From assembly GCF_026210795.1 (NCBI RefSeq), contig NC_089429.1, positions 4,464,001 to 4,528,000 of the forward strand: a stretch of DNA of 64,000 bases. The letters run 5' to 3'. Both the position numbers and the translations under genes were made by a program. How positions within the stretch are numbered: position 1 is the first letter of the stretch; each line of letters begins with the position of its first letter. Below, in pieces: positions 10,730-24,092 of the stretch. The stretch is from Rhizophagus irregularis (taxonomy: Eukaryota). The notes under the pieces are model-generated. The model made no database searches, was not told the DNA's origin, and was given only the letters and a program-made list of their open reading frames with translations.

Positions 10730-12780
10730 TTTTTGATTTTTAGCTAACAAAAACGTCAAGTATGATGTTTTCAGCTAATAAAAATCAAATTTCCTTGATT
10801 TTTAATAACAAAAACGTCAAGTCTGACGTTTTCAGCTAATAAAAATCATTTTTCCTTGATTTTTAATAACAAAAACGTCAAGTCTGACGTTTTCAGCTAA
10901 TAAAAATCATTTTCCCTTGATTTTTAATAACAAAAACGTCAAGTCTGACGTTTTTAGCTAATAAAAATCATTTTCCCTTGATTTTTAATAACAAAAACGT
11001 TTTTAGCTAATAAAAATCATTTTCCTTGATTTTTAATAACAAAAACGTTTTTAGCTAATAAAAATCATTTTCCTTGATTTTTAATAACAAAAACGTCAAG
11101 TCTGACGTTTTTAGCTAATAAAAATCATTTTTCCTTGATTTTTAATAACAAAAACGTCAAGTCTGACGTTTTTAGCTAATAAAAATCAAATTTTCTTGAT
11201 TTTTAATAACAAAAACGTCAAGTCTGACGTTTTTAGCTAATAAAAATCAAATTTTCTTGATTTTTAATAACAAAAACGTCAAGTCTGACGTTTTTAGCTA
11301 ATAAAAATCATTTTCCTTGATTTTTAATAACAAAAACGTCGAGTCTGACGTTTTTAGCTAATAAAAATCATTTTTCCTTGATTTTTAATAACAAAAACGT
11401 CAAGTCTGACGTTCTTAGCTAATAAAAATCATTTTCCCTTGATTTTTAATAACAAAAACGTTTTTAGCTAACAAAAATCATTTTCCTTGATTTTTAATAA
11501 CAAAAACGTCAAGTCTGACGTTTTTAGCTAATAAAAATCAAATTTTCTTGATTTTTAATAACAAAAACGTCAAGTCTGACGTTTTTAGCTAATAAAAATC
11601 AAATTTTCTTGATTTTTAATAACAAAAACGTCAAGTCTGACGTTTTTAGCTAATAAAAATCAAATTTTCTTGATTTTTAATAACAAAAACGTCAAGTCTG
11701 ACGTTTTTAGCTAATAAAAATCAAATTTTCTTGATTTTTAATAACAAAAACGTCAAGTCTGACGTTTTTAGCTAATAAAAATCAAATTTTCTTGATTTTT
11801 AATAACAAAAACGTCAAGTCTGACGTTTTTAGCTAATAAAAATCATTTTTCCTTGATTTTTAATAACAAAAACGTCAAGTCTGACGTTTTTAGCTAATAA
11901 AAATCAAATTTTCTTGATTTTAATTACAAAATCATCAGACTTTTGATTAAAAAAAATCATTTTTTTTTGATTTTTTAATCACAAAAACGTCAAGTCTGAC
12001 GTTTTTGATTAAAAAAATCATTTTTTTTTTGATTTTTTAATCACAGAAACGTCAAGTCTGACGTTTTTGATTAAAAAAATCATTTTTTTTTTATTTTTTA
12101 ATCACAAAAATGTCAAGTCTGACATTTTTGATTAAAAAAATCATTTTTTTTTGATTTTTTAATCACAGAAACGTCAAGTCTGACGTTTTTGATTAAAAAA
12201 ATCATTTTTTTTGATTTTTTAATCACAAAAACGTCAAGTCTGACGTTTTTGATTAAAAAAATCATTTTTTTTTTGATTTTTTAATCACAGAAACGTCAAG
12301 TCTGACGTTTTTGATTAAAAAAATCATTTTTTTTTGATTTTTTAATCACAGAAACGTCAAGTCTGACGTTTTTGATTAAAAAAATCATTTTTTTTGATTT
12401 TTTAATCACAGAAACGTCAAGTCTGACGTTTTTGATTAAAAAAATCATTTTTTTTATTTTTTAATCACAGAAACGTCAAGTCTGACGTTTTTGATTAAAA
12501 AAATCATTTTTTTTTGATTTTTTAATCACAGAAACGTCAAGTCTGACGTTTTTGATTAAAAAAATCATTTTTTTTGATTTTTTAATCACAGAAACGTCAA
12601 GTTGATTAAAAAAATCAATTATTTTGACGTTTTTGATTAAAAAAAATCAATTATTTTTGATTTTTCAATCACAAAAACGTCAAGTCTGACGTTTTGATTA
12701 AAAAAAAATCAATTTTTTTTTTTATTTTTCAATCACAAAAACGTCAAATTTTTGACGTTTTTGATTAAAAAAAAAAATTT
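10730..12780. repeat. ~60-bp tandem array with two hairpins per unit and two sub-arrays
   Basis: Unit aaaaatca-ttttcct-tgattttt-aataac-aaaaacgtca-agtc-tgacgttttt-agctaat up to ~11920, then a variant with aatcacag/gatt flanks; some units have lost the caagtctgacgt core. Confidence 0.97.
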
Positions 12781-12906
12781 TTTTTTTTACATTTTAATAA
12801 AAAATGATCAACATACTATTTCATGATCTGTCAAGTTAACATTCTTTTTGAGCAGCACAGTTAAACTCAGCGCAAAAAGTTTCCATAGTGAATGTTCACT
12901 TTCTCT

Positions 12907-12977
12907 GTACATGTACATGTACTGTACATGTTCATGTTCATGTTCATGTTCATGTTCATGTACATGTACAAGTACAT
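12907..12977. repeat. (CATGTT/CATGTA)n hexamer microsatellite
   Basis: tgtacatgtacatgtac...catgttcatgttcatgttcatgtt... Confidence 0.9.
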
Positions 12978-14823
12978 AATAATATAAAGATTAACTGGAG
13001 ACTTTTTTACCAAAAAGGCAATTTTTTTCGTATCCACGGCAACTGTGCATGTGGTGATTTTTAAAAATGGAATGGGAAAATTTTGGCGAAAATCTGGTCA
13101 AAATGGGATGATCGACTAAAATTTTTTCCCCTTAAAGATAAAAATTACCAGAAAATCTTATCTTTGGGTTAATTTAGCTAATTTAAACTTATTTTTAACA
13201 AAATATTATGCTTTTAGTTGAGAATAATTTCGCTTGATATACATTTTACGTTATGATATTTTACACACGTGATAGTATGATAGTATCGTTATCCAATCAT
13301 TTCCGGAATAGTTTTTATAATTTTGCTTTATTAATTAAAGGACGATGTCAATAAATAAAATACTGTAAATTAGCGTTAAATATTTATTTCCTTACCTCAG
13401 TTAAAGAATACTTTATGAATTAAATAATTTTTTTGTACATAACAATATCAGTATCACGTGTGCCATCTGACTAAGCTGCTTAATCAATATTAAATCCTGC
13501 AATTTTATTTAAAATTTTTAATTTGAGAATTTTGAATCCATTTCATTACTTTTTTTTCTTGAATACATAGAAAGAAAGTACTAGTTTTGATATATACTCA
13601 ATGAGCCTAACTAAATACTTACTATTTTTCACATAGATAGTGGCTATTATTTATTATACTTGTAGAAACATCTATATTAATGCTAGCTGTTAATATTTTA
13701 TAATTTTAATATCAAAATTAATAAATGATATTCTTTTTATTACTTTTCTTATATTGAATTGATTTGTAATTTCAAAAATAACATTTATTTCAACCCATTT
13801 TTGTATCAGATTTTATCCTTATCGTACTCCAAATCCAATAAATCGTGGTTTCAATAAAATCAAAACTTAAGTTTATAAACAAGATAGGTGTGAGCATAAA
13901 AATAACATTATACCAGGAATTTCATTCATATAAGTATACGTAAGTATCAAATGATTTGAAGAGTAAATTAAAATCATTCTGGATGAATTAATTAAATTGG
14001 TACATATCCATAATCACGCTAAGAGATTATTGGCATAATTTCATTATATTTTAATGACGTCATAATTCTTTTTAATCAAGATATTGAAATAAAGTCTTTC
14101 AAAAAAGAATCAAGCGTTGATTTATTAATTCTCTAAATAATTTATGACTTGGAAAATGGTAAATTAAAAATAATTTAATTTAGCCTTAAAAAGTTTATGT
14201 TTCGGTACATTTCTTCTTTCTCACCAATATAAAGAACTCAATGAATAAAATAATTAAAATGTTCTTATCAGGTTAGTATTTCTATATTAATACCAAATTA
14301 TTATTTAAATTAAACCTAACTTTCAATTATCTTGAGTTTAATTTGTTAAAGAAAGTGGATGAGCAAAGGTATAATATTAAAATATTGCTTCCAATTTGCT
14401 TTACTCGCATATTTAATTATAGAAAAATATACATGGTTCAATTGGTTCATCATTTACTTTAGGAGTCTAAATAATCAAAGCCCATGACTGAATCAAAATC
14501 ATGCCAGTTCAGTATTAATCGGTTATGGTATGATCTCAAAAATCGGGTTTAAACTGGTTATATGGTAATTGTGATCTCAAAAATTTGAAAGCTTTAATAA
14601 CTGGTTTATTTTAATATGATTATACCCCATTTATTTATTTTGTATACATGAAGTCATAATTGTACTCAAATTAAAGAAAATATCATAAAATTATTGATTA
14701 TTGTTCGAATTGCCAAATGCCAATGAAGTTATCTATTCTTCATATGCAAATGTGCTATAAATATTTTATCTTGTGAAAATTGTGAAATTAATCTATATAA
14801 ATTTTTTTCGTGACAAATACAAA

Positions 14824-17322
14824 TTAAATAAGCTCAATTATGTTCAACAATTCATCATTTAAATTATCAACTTTAATATATTTTCCTATTTTAGTTAAAA
14901 GAAAAATATTATAAAATTGTTGAAGTGAAATATTATAGACACTATTTATTTTGTGCGTAAATAAAATATTTTACTTACTATTTTTTTGATTTTCATTCGT
15001 TTCGTTCTTTAATTCTTCAAAATTACGCTTTCTTGAAGAATTTACAGGTACAATTAAACTTTGAGTGGCGGAATTTGTATTTTGTATGGATAATCTAAAA
15101 AATATACGATATAATTATTTATTTTATATTATTAACAAGTTATATGTATTTATATATTAATTAATTACCTTTGAATATTATCTATATCAAATTCATATTC
15201 TTGTGTAATATATTCTAAAAAATTAATAAAAGTTATCTATGTTAAATATAAATTTAAAGAAGCAAATTCAATTATTATCATCTGACCGTCTAATTAACGT
15301 TTCAAGTTTTTTCGTTGGTGGTAAATTATAATACACTATAACATACCTTGTTTCATATGCAATGAAACCATTGAACCTATAGTTGAAGCTTTAGAAATCA
15401 AATCACTTAATGCTCTACTTGTATAAATTGCTTTTGGATGAGGCTTTTCACTAAATTCTGGTCCAAGTTTCTTTAATTGTATTAATTCCAATCTTTTTTT
15501 TTCAGCTTGTTCAAATTGATACCAAATCGCAGTATAAAGAGTGTTGTAGATTTCATTAATAATTGGTCTTTTTGAAGGATTGGAATCCCAACATTTTTTC
15601 ATTAAATCGGCATAACATTCAGGAGTATCTTCTGTAATTTTAGGTCGTTCTCCATCAAGAATTTTAAAGATGAGATTATGATCATGTTCAACATTAGCAA
15701 AAGGTTTACAACCTGTTGTGAGTTCCCACATAATCATACCAAAACTATATACATCAGATTCTTTTGAAAATGCAGCACCTTTAAATATTTCTGGTGCAAT
15801 ATAAGGTATTACTCCATATATTTCATTATTTGATAATGTATTATTTGCAGGTTGCGATAATCCTAAGTCTCCAACTTTCCAATATGTAGACAATAACATA
15901 TTTCCACTATGAAAATCTCGATGTATAAAATTCTTATAATGAATACTATAGAGTCTAAATACAAAATTTAGTAGTTAATAAATTTACTATAAATATAGGT
16001 AATAATTATAAATATACAATAAATACCCAAATGATATTCTTTGTAAAATAAGCAATTTATTGTTCCATGTAATATTTATAAAGTTCTTTTGCAAATAATT
16101 ATGCAAATTTCCACCTTTTGCATAATTCAATATTATCATATATTCTTTTGTTATAGGATCTTGTGTAATGCCATAATAGCCAATAACACCAAAATTGTCA
16201 TCATTACATTGATAAAGTGATCTTAACTAAAGTATAAATAAATCAATTATATATATATATGTGTGTGTATTAAAAACACATTGCAAGTATATAAAATGTA
16301 AATATTACCTCATTTAAAAAGTATTTACTGATATTTTGTGAATCATGTAATTTTTTTACAGCAACATCAGTTCCTTCCCAAGTCGCTTTATAAATAATAC
16401 TGAATCCTCCTTCCGCCATTTTCTTTAAATTCGTAATGTGAGAATATGGAATCCACTCTATTTTTCTGGCTGGTGAACGAAGTTTATCGCTAATATACAA
16501 ATACACTGTAGTTGGATTGTAAGTTGTCATGTTGTACATATAATTAGCAATCGAATGAAAATTATGATTTTGGATTCTTGTAGAAACAAGAAATTCTTCT
16601 ATAATGTAATTTCCACTTCTAATATTTGTAATATCAATTTTAATGAATAAAATTCTTTTGCATTTCTTACATTGAGATTGATCAACAATTCCAAAAATAA
16701 TATTTGTTGTTAAACAATACCTACATCCAGTATAAATTATATGGCAATGTAAACACCATTTTTGACAATAAGATTTTGACTCTTGGTGTATATATTTTAG
16801 TTCTTTATAACAAACTATACAATGGTTATAACTATCCCACCATGGTAAATATAGAATCGGAATGGACTTTTTATTCAAAGTTGATTTTACCCATCCGGAA
16901 GAAATCTGATAATCTGGTAGCTGACTCTCGTAATAACACCGTTTACAGCATATATAATTAGTGTGCCGACAATTTGTATTTCTTGCTACTACTTGTGTAA
17001 AGTATAAAATCTCAGAGCAATATTCACACCATTCTTGAATATTTGTTGTATAAAAATCATTTCTAGTTGCTTTATGTTTAATACACTGAGAATTATTTGT
17101 ACTTATAAGTACGTCCAAGTATGTATTATTGCCTGTTATATATTGAATATGCCAAAATAAACAAACTTTGCAATATTTTTGGTCATACTTAAGTGACTTG
17201 GAGTATTCAGTTCCACAACAATTACATTTATCCTCATTATTTTTAAATGGAATAAATAAAACAGGTACAGGACTAGATTTTAAATTTGGCGTAGGATCAA
17301 ATGGATCATTATCTGTGTTCAT
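14824..17322 (-). CDS. Tyrosine-kinase-like protein kinase with Cys-rich N-terminal domain (multi-exon)
   Basis: Exons 17322-16309, 16226-16027, 15954-~15348, plus small 3' exons (~15214-15169, ~15094-14979, ~14885-14824), GT-AG. Motifs AEGGFSIIYKA, VAVKK, HRDFHSGN, DLG, PYIAPE, SDVYSFG, CWD; N-terminal PILYLPWWD-CxxC...GCRYCLTTNIIFG domain. Confidence 0.88.
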
Positions 17323-20226
17323 AATGTTGTATTTCAAGAAAATAGTTTACAAAAGTTAAATGTAAAAGTTATAAAGCAATATTATATATTTTATGGGGAT
17401 ACAATAACAAAGTGAAATTCTACGGAACTTTCTTTAAAGAATCAATAATATTCTATATAGAAATTCTATAATTATGCATGTTGAAAATCATGCAGAAATT
17501 TCGTAGTTTAATTCTCCGTCAATGAAGTAAACCTGTACTACCAATCTGAAATTTGTGTGTTTATTGACGATCAATTTGACCCAGAAATTAAAAATTTGTT
17601 TAAATAAATTTTTATTTTAATTTTTAATTTTTTTTTTTTTTTGTCGAACTCAAAAAATTCTTATGATAATCAAGTAACGATAAAAAAACTTTCTTAATAA
17701 ACTAAAACGTGTTATTTCATCAACTTTGATTATCTGCTTTGGGAAGTAAACCCTGCTGTTGCAAGTAATTTACTGACCATGATACAAGTTGAGTTGATAA
17801 TTTTTACATCCTAATAAGGTAATAATCATTTCGACATTTTGATTTTCTACTAAATTATTATTAAGTTCTTAAGTCATAAATAAGAAAAAAAAGTCTTAAT
17901 AAAATTTTACAGAAATTGTTAATAAATATCAGATATAATTTATAAAAACAAATACATTTATTATGATATTAATGTATCTGAATGCATATTATTAACCGTC
18001 CTCCAATTTTTATATAAATTTTTATTTCATTTTCAAGTTACGATATTGAGGCAAACTACCAGAATCTCATTTAAATGTAAATAAACAGACAATAAAGAAT
18101 TCATTTAAATTTATTTATTTTCTTTTATCAGTTATTATACCATTGTTAAATTTCAAGGATTATCAATTGTCCGAAGCGAAGCGAAGGACAATATACAGTA
18201 TGTTTACGCACTATGAAAAAAAAAAGATCACGTGAATTCTCTGTCCGCCACGTGATCGTCACCCAATGAAATCGCAAATTTTAGTTTTTCGCTCCGGACT
18301 TACAACGGTCAGTTCTCGTTTCCTTGTCTTGTTTAATAATCACAAATTTAATTTTGTTTATGTGAATTAAATTAAAATTAATAAGGAAAAAGAATTAATA
18401 AGAAATTATAGATTTAAATAAAACCTGTGATAATATCATACTGGTGATAATACTGCGTCAGAAATGTAAAAGAAAAATCATCAAACTTTTATAAATATAA
18501 AATCACCAAATATTTTACTCAAAATTATAATTGTATGAAAGAACTAAATTATAAATAAAAAAAACATGTTTCATTTTGTCTTACAAACACTTATTAATTG
18601 TTGTTTACTGTATTTATGGAGGAATACTTCTTAGAAAATTATAACCTTTCAGATAACATAAAAATCTTATTCTTTATTTAAAAAAAGAAAAATTGGATAG
18701 AAAACGATTGTGAATTGATATCTCATACAAGCTTTGAATATAATTTGTTCTTGGTACTTCAATAATATATTGTACAATGAAATATATTTAAACATTAAGT
18801 TTTGCAAAAACTTTTGGTCTGTAGTCTGTACGACTGTACGTGTTTGAAAAAAATTTATTAAATGGTAACTCGCTCGCTCGAATGCTGATCCTTAAATAAT
18901 AATATATTCCTTTTATAAGATTCCATAATTAGGAAGTATACCCTGTAAGAAAACTTATAATAAAATATGGGATAGTTTTTTGACCAATTAACAAATATAT
19001 TACTATATTATAATAATAATTAATCTCAACCCATGCCTTTTCATAATTTCGATTTTTTCTCTGTACAACGCTTATATTAATAGGGACGTAAAGTAAAGTA
19101 AGTTTCGGAGTGATGATATCGATGATATCCAAAAGAAGCTAACTTCACCTGATCGATTACATCTCAGCCATGATGAATGAACAAGCCAACAAGGCTTATC
19201 AAACGTGAACCTTCTAGAATTAAATGATCTTTTTTACTTAAAAAGTACAAATTTGTTAAAAGGGATGAGTTTTGTAAAAAAAATTTATTTAATAATATTA
19301 TTAGTTATTATAAACGACAGAAATTATTTGTTTTCGGTTTCAATAATAGATGTTTTTATTAAAAGGTATTTTAATAAACTACATTATAATGTCACGCACT
19401 TACTACCTACCGACCTAGAATAATTTATTTATTTTATTATGATTTATTATTTATTAATTTTTTATTAACTCACTAAAAATTACTTTGTTTGTTTTTGCTT
19501 ACCGGGTATTCTTCAATTTCTGTAAAATTTTATTTAAACGTTTGTCAGCGACTGGTTTGATTGGTTTAAATCAAATCTACTGTCAAGATAATTATTTATA
19601 AAATAATCTAACCTTAATGACTTTTATGTTCATCCAATAATATCGTCAAAATGTAATATTTATACGTTAATTTATTGTATTCAGAGTAATATTCATACGT
19701 GTAAAATACATGGTAATGAGAATTACGTGTTGTTTTATTAATAAATTTATATTTACTTTTAACTTAAACATTTACGATATGTTCTTCAATTTCATGGCTT
19801 TTTCGATCTCTCTGTCTAATGGTCAAAATGTTTTATATTCCTAAACAAAATTTATCCTTTAATTCTGGTGGTTTATCAACTAATTTTGACAAATACAGGT
19901 AATGAATAGAATTTAAAATCGTGTAACACAAAGTTTCTAAACAATTGCTATTCGAAGTCACATTTCTAAATTCCTGATATCACAGAAGTTTCTATTCATA
20001 AGATTCTGTGTTAACATTGTTATTAACTTTAATATGCATTTCTTTTTTTTAAAAAAAGAAATAAAATAAAATAAATAGAATAAAAATGATAAAAAATTTA
20101 TTTAGTAAAATCTTCAGTTGCATCTTGTTTCCTTGGATTTATTGGATTACTTCTGAAATCTTATTTTGACACTGAATTGGCCAAAACATTTATTAAAAAC
20201 AATAATAGAAAACTTTTAATTTGTAC

Positions 20227-23200
20227 CTTTAAATTTCGTTTATATCAAACTCATATTCTTTTGTAATATATTCTAAAGAAAAAGAATCAAGTAATTAATA
20301 AATTCCTTTACATATTGATTACAAAAAACAACTTAATACCTTTCTTGTTGATTGATTCTTCAATAAGTTTATTATCTAAGATGAGAATAATTATTAAATG
20401 TTAAAATGTTGTAATATTGTCCAAATTTATAGAAAAAATAATCAGTTTACATACTTGGTTTCGTATTAAACGTTATAATTGAAGGTGAACCAGTTAAAGA
20501 GCTTAATGATCTGCTTGTATAAATTGCTTTTGGATGAGGTTTTTCATTAAAAGTTGGTCCAAGCATTTTTGATTTTATTAATTCTAATCTTATTTCTTCA
20601 GCTTGATTAAAATATTTGGCATCCATTCCCATATTTGACCAAGAATTAAAAATGTCACAAACATCCGTTGCCAAAGGTCTCTTTTTAGGATCAGGATTCC
20701 AACATTTTTTCATTAAATTAGCAAAATCTTCTGGAGTGTCGTCAGTAATATTAGGACGTTTTCCATCAATAATTTTATAAATTAAATCAATATCATGTTC
20801 AACATTAGCAAAAGGTTTACAACCAGTTGTTAATTCCCACATAATCATGCCCATACAATAAATATCAGATGATTTAGAAAATTTGACGCCTTTAAATATT
20901 TCTGGTGCAATATAAGGTATCACTCCATATATACTGCTATCATGTGGAATGTCATTTGCAGGCTGTGATAATCCTAAATCTCCAATTAGATATTGATTTA
21001 TTTTACATGAATCATTTTCAATTATTTCAATCAATATATTTCCACTATGAAAATCTCGATGTACGAAATCTTTTTCATGAATAGTTTGAAGTCTAAAATA
21101 AAAAATTGATTATTAATAAGATTTTATTTAAATAATTTCAAAATCATTATTAATTAAATTAAGTTATAAATACCCATCTGAAATTCGCCACAAAATGTGC
21201 AATTTTTTCTTCCATGTAATCTCTGCAAAATTCTCTTGTAAATAATTATGCAAATCCCCTCCATTTGCATATTTCATTATAAACATAAGTTCTTTTGTTA
21301 TAGGATCTTTTGTGATACCATGACATTTAATAATACATTCAAATTTACTATCATAACATTGATAAAGTGATTTTAACTAAAATTTCATAGTTCAAATTAG
21401 TATATTTATATAAATATTTTTTTAAAAATAAATTTTGAAAATTAATTACCTCATTTAGAAAATATTTATTTGGTTCTTGAGAATTTAAAATTTTTTTTAT
21501 AGCAACAACGTTTCCATTAATTAAAGCTTGATAAATAATACCAAATCCTCCTTCTGCTATTTTTTTTAAAATATTAATTTGTGAATATGAAACCCATTTT
21601 ATTTTCGGTTTTGTAGAGTGATAATCAAACTTATTTCGAATAAAACTATATATATTTAACGGATTAGAATCTTTGTTGGTATTATTAATATAATTAGAAA
21701 TTCCATAATATTTATCATTATTATCAACATTTGTAAAATATAAAAATTTGTCAATATTATAATTTCCACTGATTTCAATAATAAAAATTCTTTTACATTT
21801 ACTACATTTAGATTGGTTTGTATATCCAAAAATAATATTTGTTGCCAAACAATATCTACATCCAGTATAAAATATAAAACAGTTTGAACACAATTTTTGA
21901 CAATCACCTTCGAATCCAAGGAGTTTATTACAAACTATACATTGATTATAAGCATCCCACCATGGTAAATAAAGAATTGGAATGGTTTTTTCAATCAAAG
22001 TTGATTTAACACATTCAAAAGAAATTTTATAGCAATTTGAACATAGCTTATACTCAGAATCAATTGAAGTCTGTTCGTAAATTAATTTTCCACATAATTT
22101 GCAACTTTCAGTAATTTTTTCATAATAATAAATTATATTATTATTTGTAACTATTTTATCAAAGAACAAAATTGTAGTGCGAATTTCACCCCATTTTATG
22201 ACTTGTGCACAAATATCTGGATTATGGTCATGTGTATTTATAATATCACATATATAGTGTACGTCTTTGATTGTATATTTGGTATTTTTAGTTATAAATT
22301 TAATATGCAAATTTAAACAATATCTACAATATTTTTGCTTTAATGAAGGAGTCACATAATATGTCATATTACAATAATGACATTTATCTTCATTGTTATT
22401 AAAAGGAATAAACATAATTGGTAAATTTGGTATCTGGTTTAAAGAATTTTCATTATTTCCTAGTAAACTTGTAATTTGATCATACGAACTCCAACGTATC
22501 AATGGTTTTAAGGGAATAAGATCAAGATTTTTGATAAACTTATATAATTCAAGTGGATTAGAATTTTTATCAGTATTATTCATATAATTGGAAATCTGTT
22601 TATAGATATCTGTATTGATTTCTAGATATTTTTTTTAAATCTTTATCATTTCGATTGTAATAAGTGATATTCTTTTGCATTTCTTACATTGAGATTCACC
22701 TGTAATTCCAAAAATAATATTCGTCGTCAAACAATGTCTACATCCAGTATAAATTATAATGCAGTATGAACACCATTTTTGACAATCAGTTTTAAATTCT
22801 AGCGTTCGATTGCAAACTATACAACTATTACTAACATCCCACCATGGTAAATAAAGAATTGAAATTGGTGAAGTTGATCCTATCCATCCAGAAAAAATTT
22901 TATAACAACAAGAACACGACTCAAAATAACTACCTAAAGGCATAGATTTAGATATTACTTGGTTAAAATATTTAACACACTTAATGCTAGTGTTTTCATA
23001 CTCAATATGTGCATTCAAGTATATAACATTATTATTATCATTAAAATTATTTAATAAGCATGTATTGTATTCAATATTCCTAACGCTAGCATTATCATCT
23101 TCAAGATACTTTGATAAGCAATTTTTGCAAAATTTTTGACGTAAATAACTTGCCTCAGAGTATTTATTTCCACAAAAATTACATATCATCTCACTTTCAT

Positions 23201-23339
23201 TAAATGGAATAAATAGAATTGGTACAGGACTAGATTTTAATTTTGGTGTTGGATTAAAAGAATTTTCATTAACTTTTAAATTATATTTACGGTAAAAACT
23301 AACAATATTTTCCAAAACTTTAGTTGCTTTACTGGTCAT
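20227..23339 (-). pseudogene. TKL kinase with duplicated Cys-rich N-terminal domain, interrupted by one in-frame TAA (pseudogene or readthrough candidate); 3' end uncertain
   Basis: ORFs 23339-22635 and 22583-21351 are in the same frame, separated by TAA at 22635-22637 and 17 sense codons. Exons continue at 21376-21174 and 21092-20455 with GGFG, VAIKK, HRDFHSGN, DLG, APE; small exons to ~20227. Confidence 0.8.
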
Positions 23340-23528
23340 TTTTGTTATAATTCAAAAATATTTTTTTTAATAATGTTTATAATTTTTTAATTGATTCAAA
23401 GGACGATAGGAATTTGTCAGTAGGTTTGTTTACTCGAAATAGATACTCTATTATGAATCTTAAACTTGTTAAACCAGCGCCACCGGAATTCATATCCTTT
23501 TGGTAATATTTATGTTACGAATTATATC

Positions 23529-24092
23529 ACATGATGATCCGAAAGTTCCCGAGTACCTAATCTGTATTTGAATCGTGTAACATTCTGTATAAGCACATAA
23601 ATTAAAACTAGTTGTAACCTGTTACTTTGCACCAGGATTGGTCATATGATCAGCGTACTTTTTTTGAATTTGTTTAATGTCACATAATAAACTGGCCAAT
23701 GAAAATACATGATGATCACTTACACTTCCGAAAGTTCCCGAGTACTTAATCTGTATTTGAATCGTGTAACATTCTGTATAAGCACATAAAATTAAATTAA
23801 AACTAGTTGTAACCTGTTACTTTGCACCAGGATTGGTCATATGATCAGCGTACTTTTTTGAATTTGTTTAATGTCACATAATAAACTGGCCAATGAAAAT
23901 ACATGATGATCACTTACACTTCCGAAAGTTCCCGAGTACTTAATCTGTATTTGAATCGTGTAACATTCTGTATAAGCACATAAAATTAAATTAAAACTAG
24001 TTGTAACCTGTTACTTTGCACCAGGATTGGTCATATGATCAGCGTACTTTTTTGAATTTTGTTTAATGTCACATAATAAACTAGCCAATGGA
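23529..24092. repeat. ~190-194 bp tandem triplication upstream of the kinase start
   Basis: tccgaaagttcccgagtac...ttgcaccaggattggtcatatgatcagcg recurs at ~23538, ~23727 and ~23921, nearly identical. Confidence 0.95.

Noticed and set aside
10730..12780. CRISPR-like array of palindromic repeats
   Set aside because: The sequence between the palindromes is itself repeated (no unique spacers), there are no cas genes, and the context is eukaryotic.
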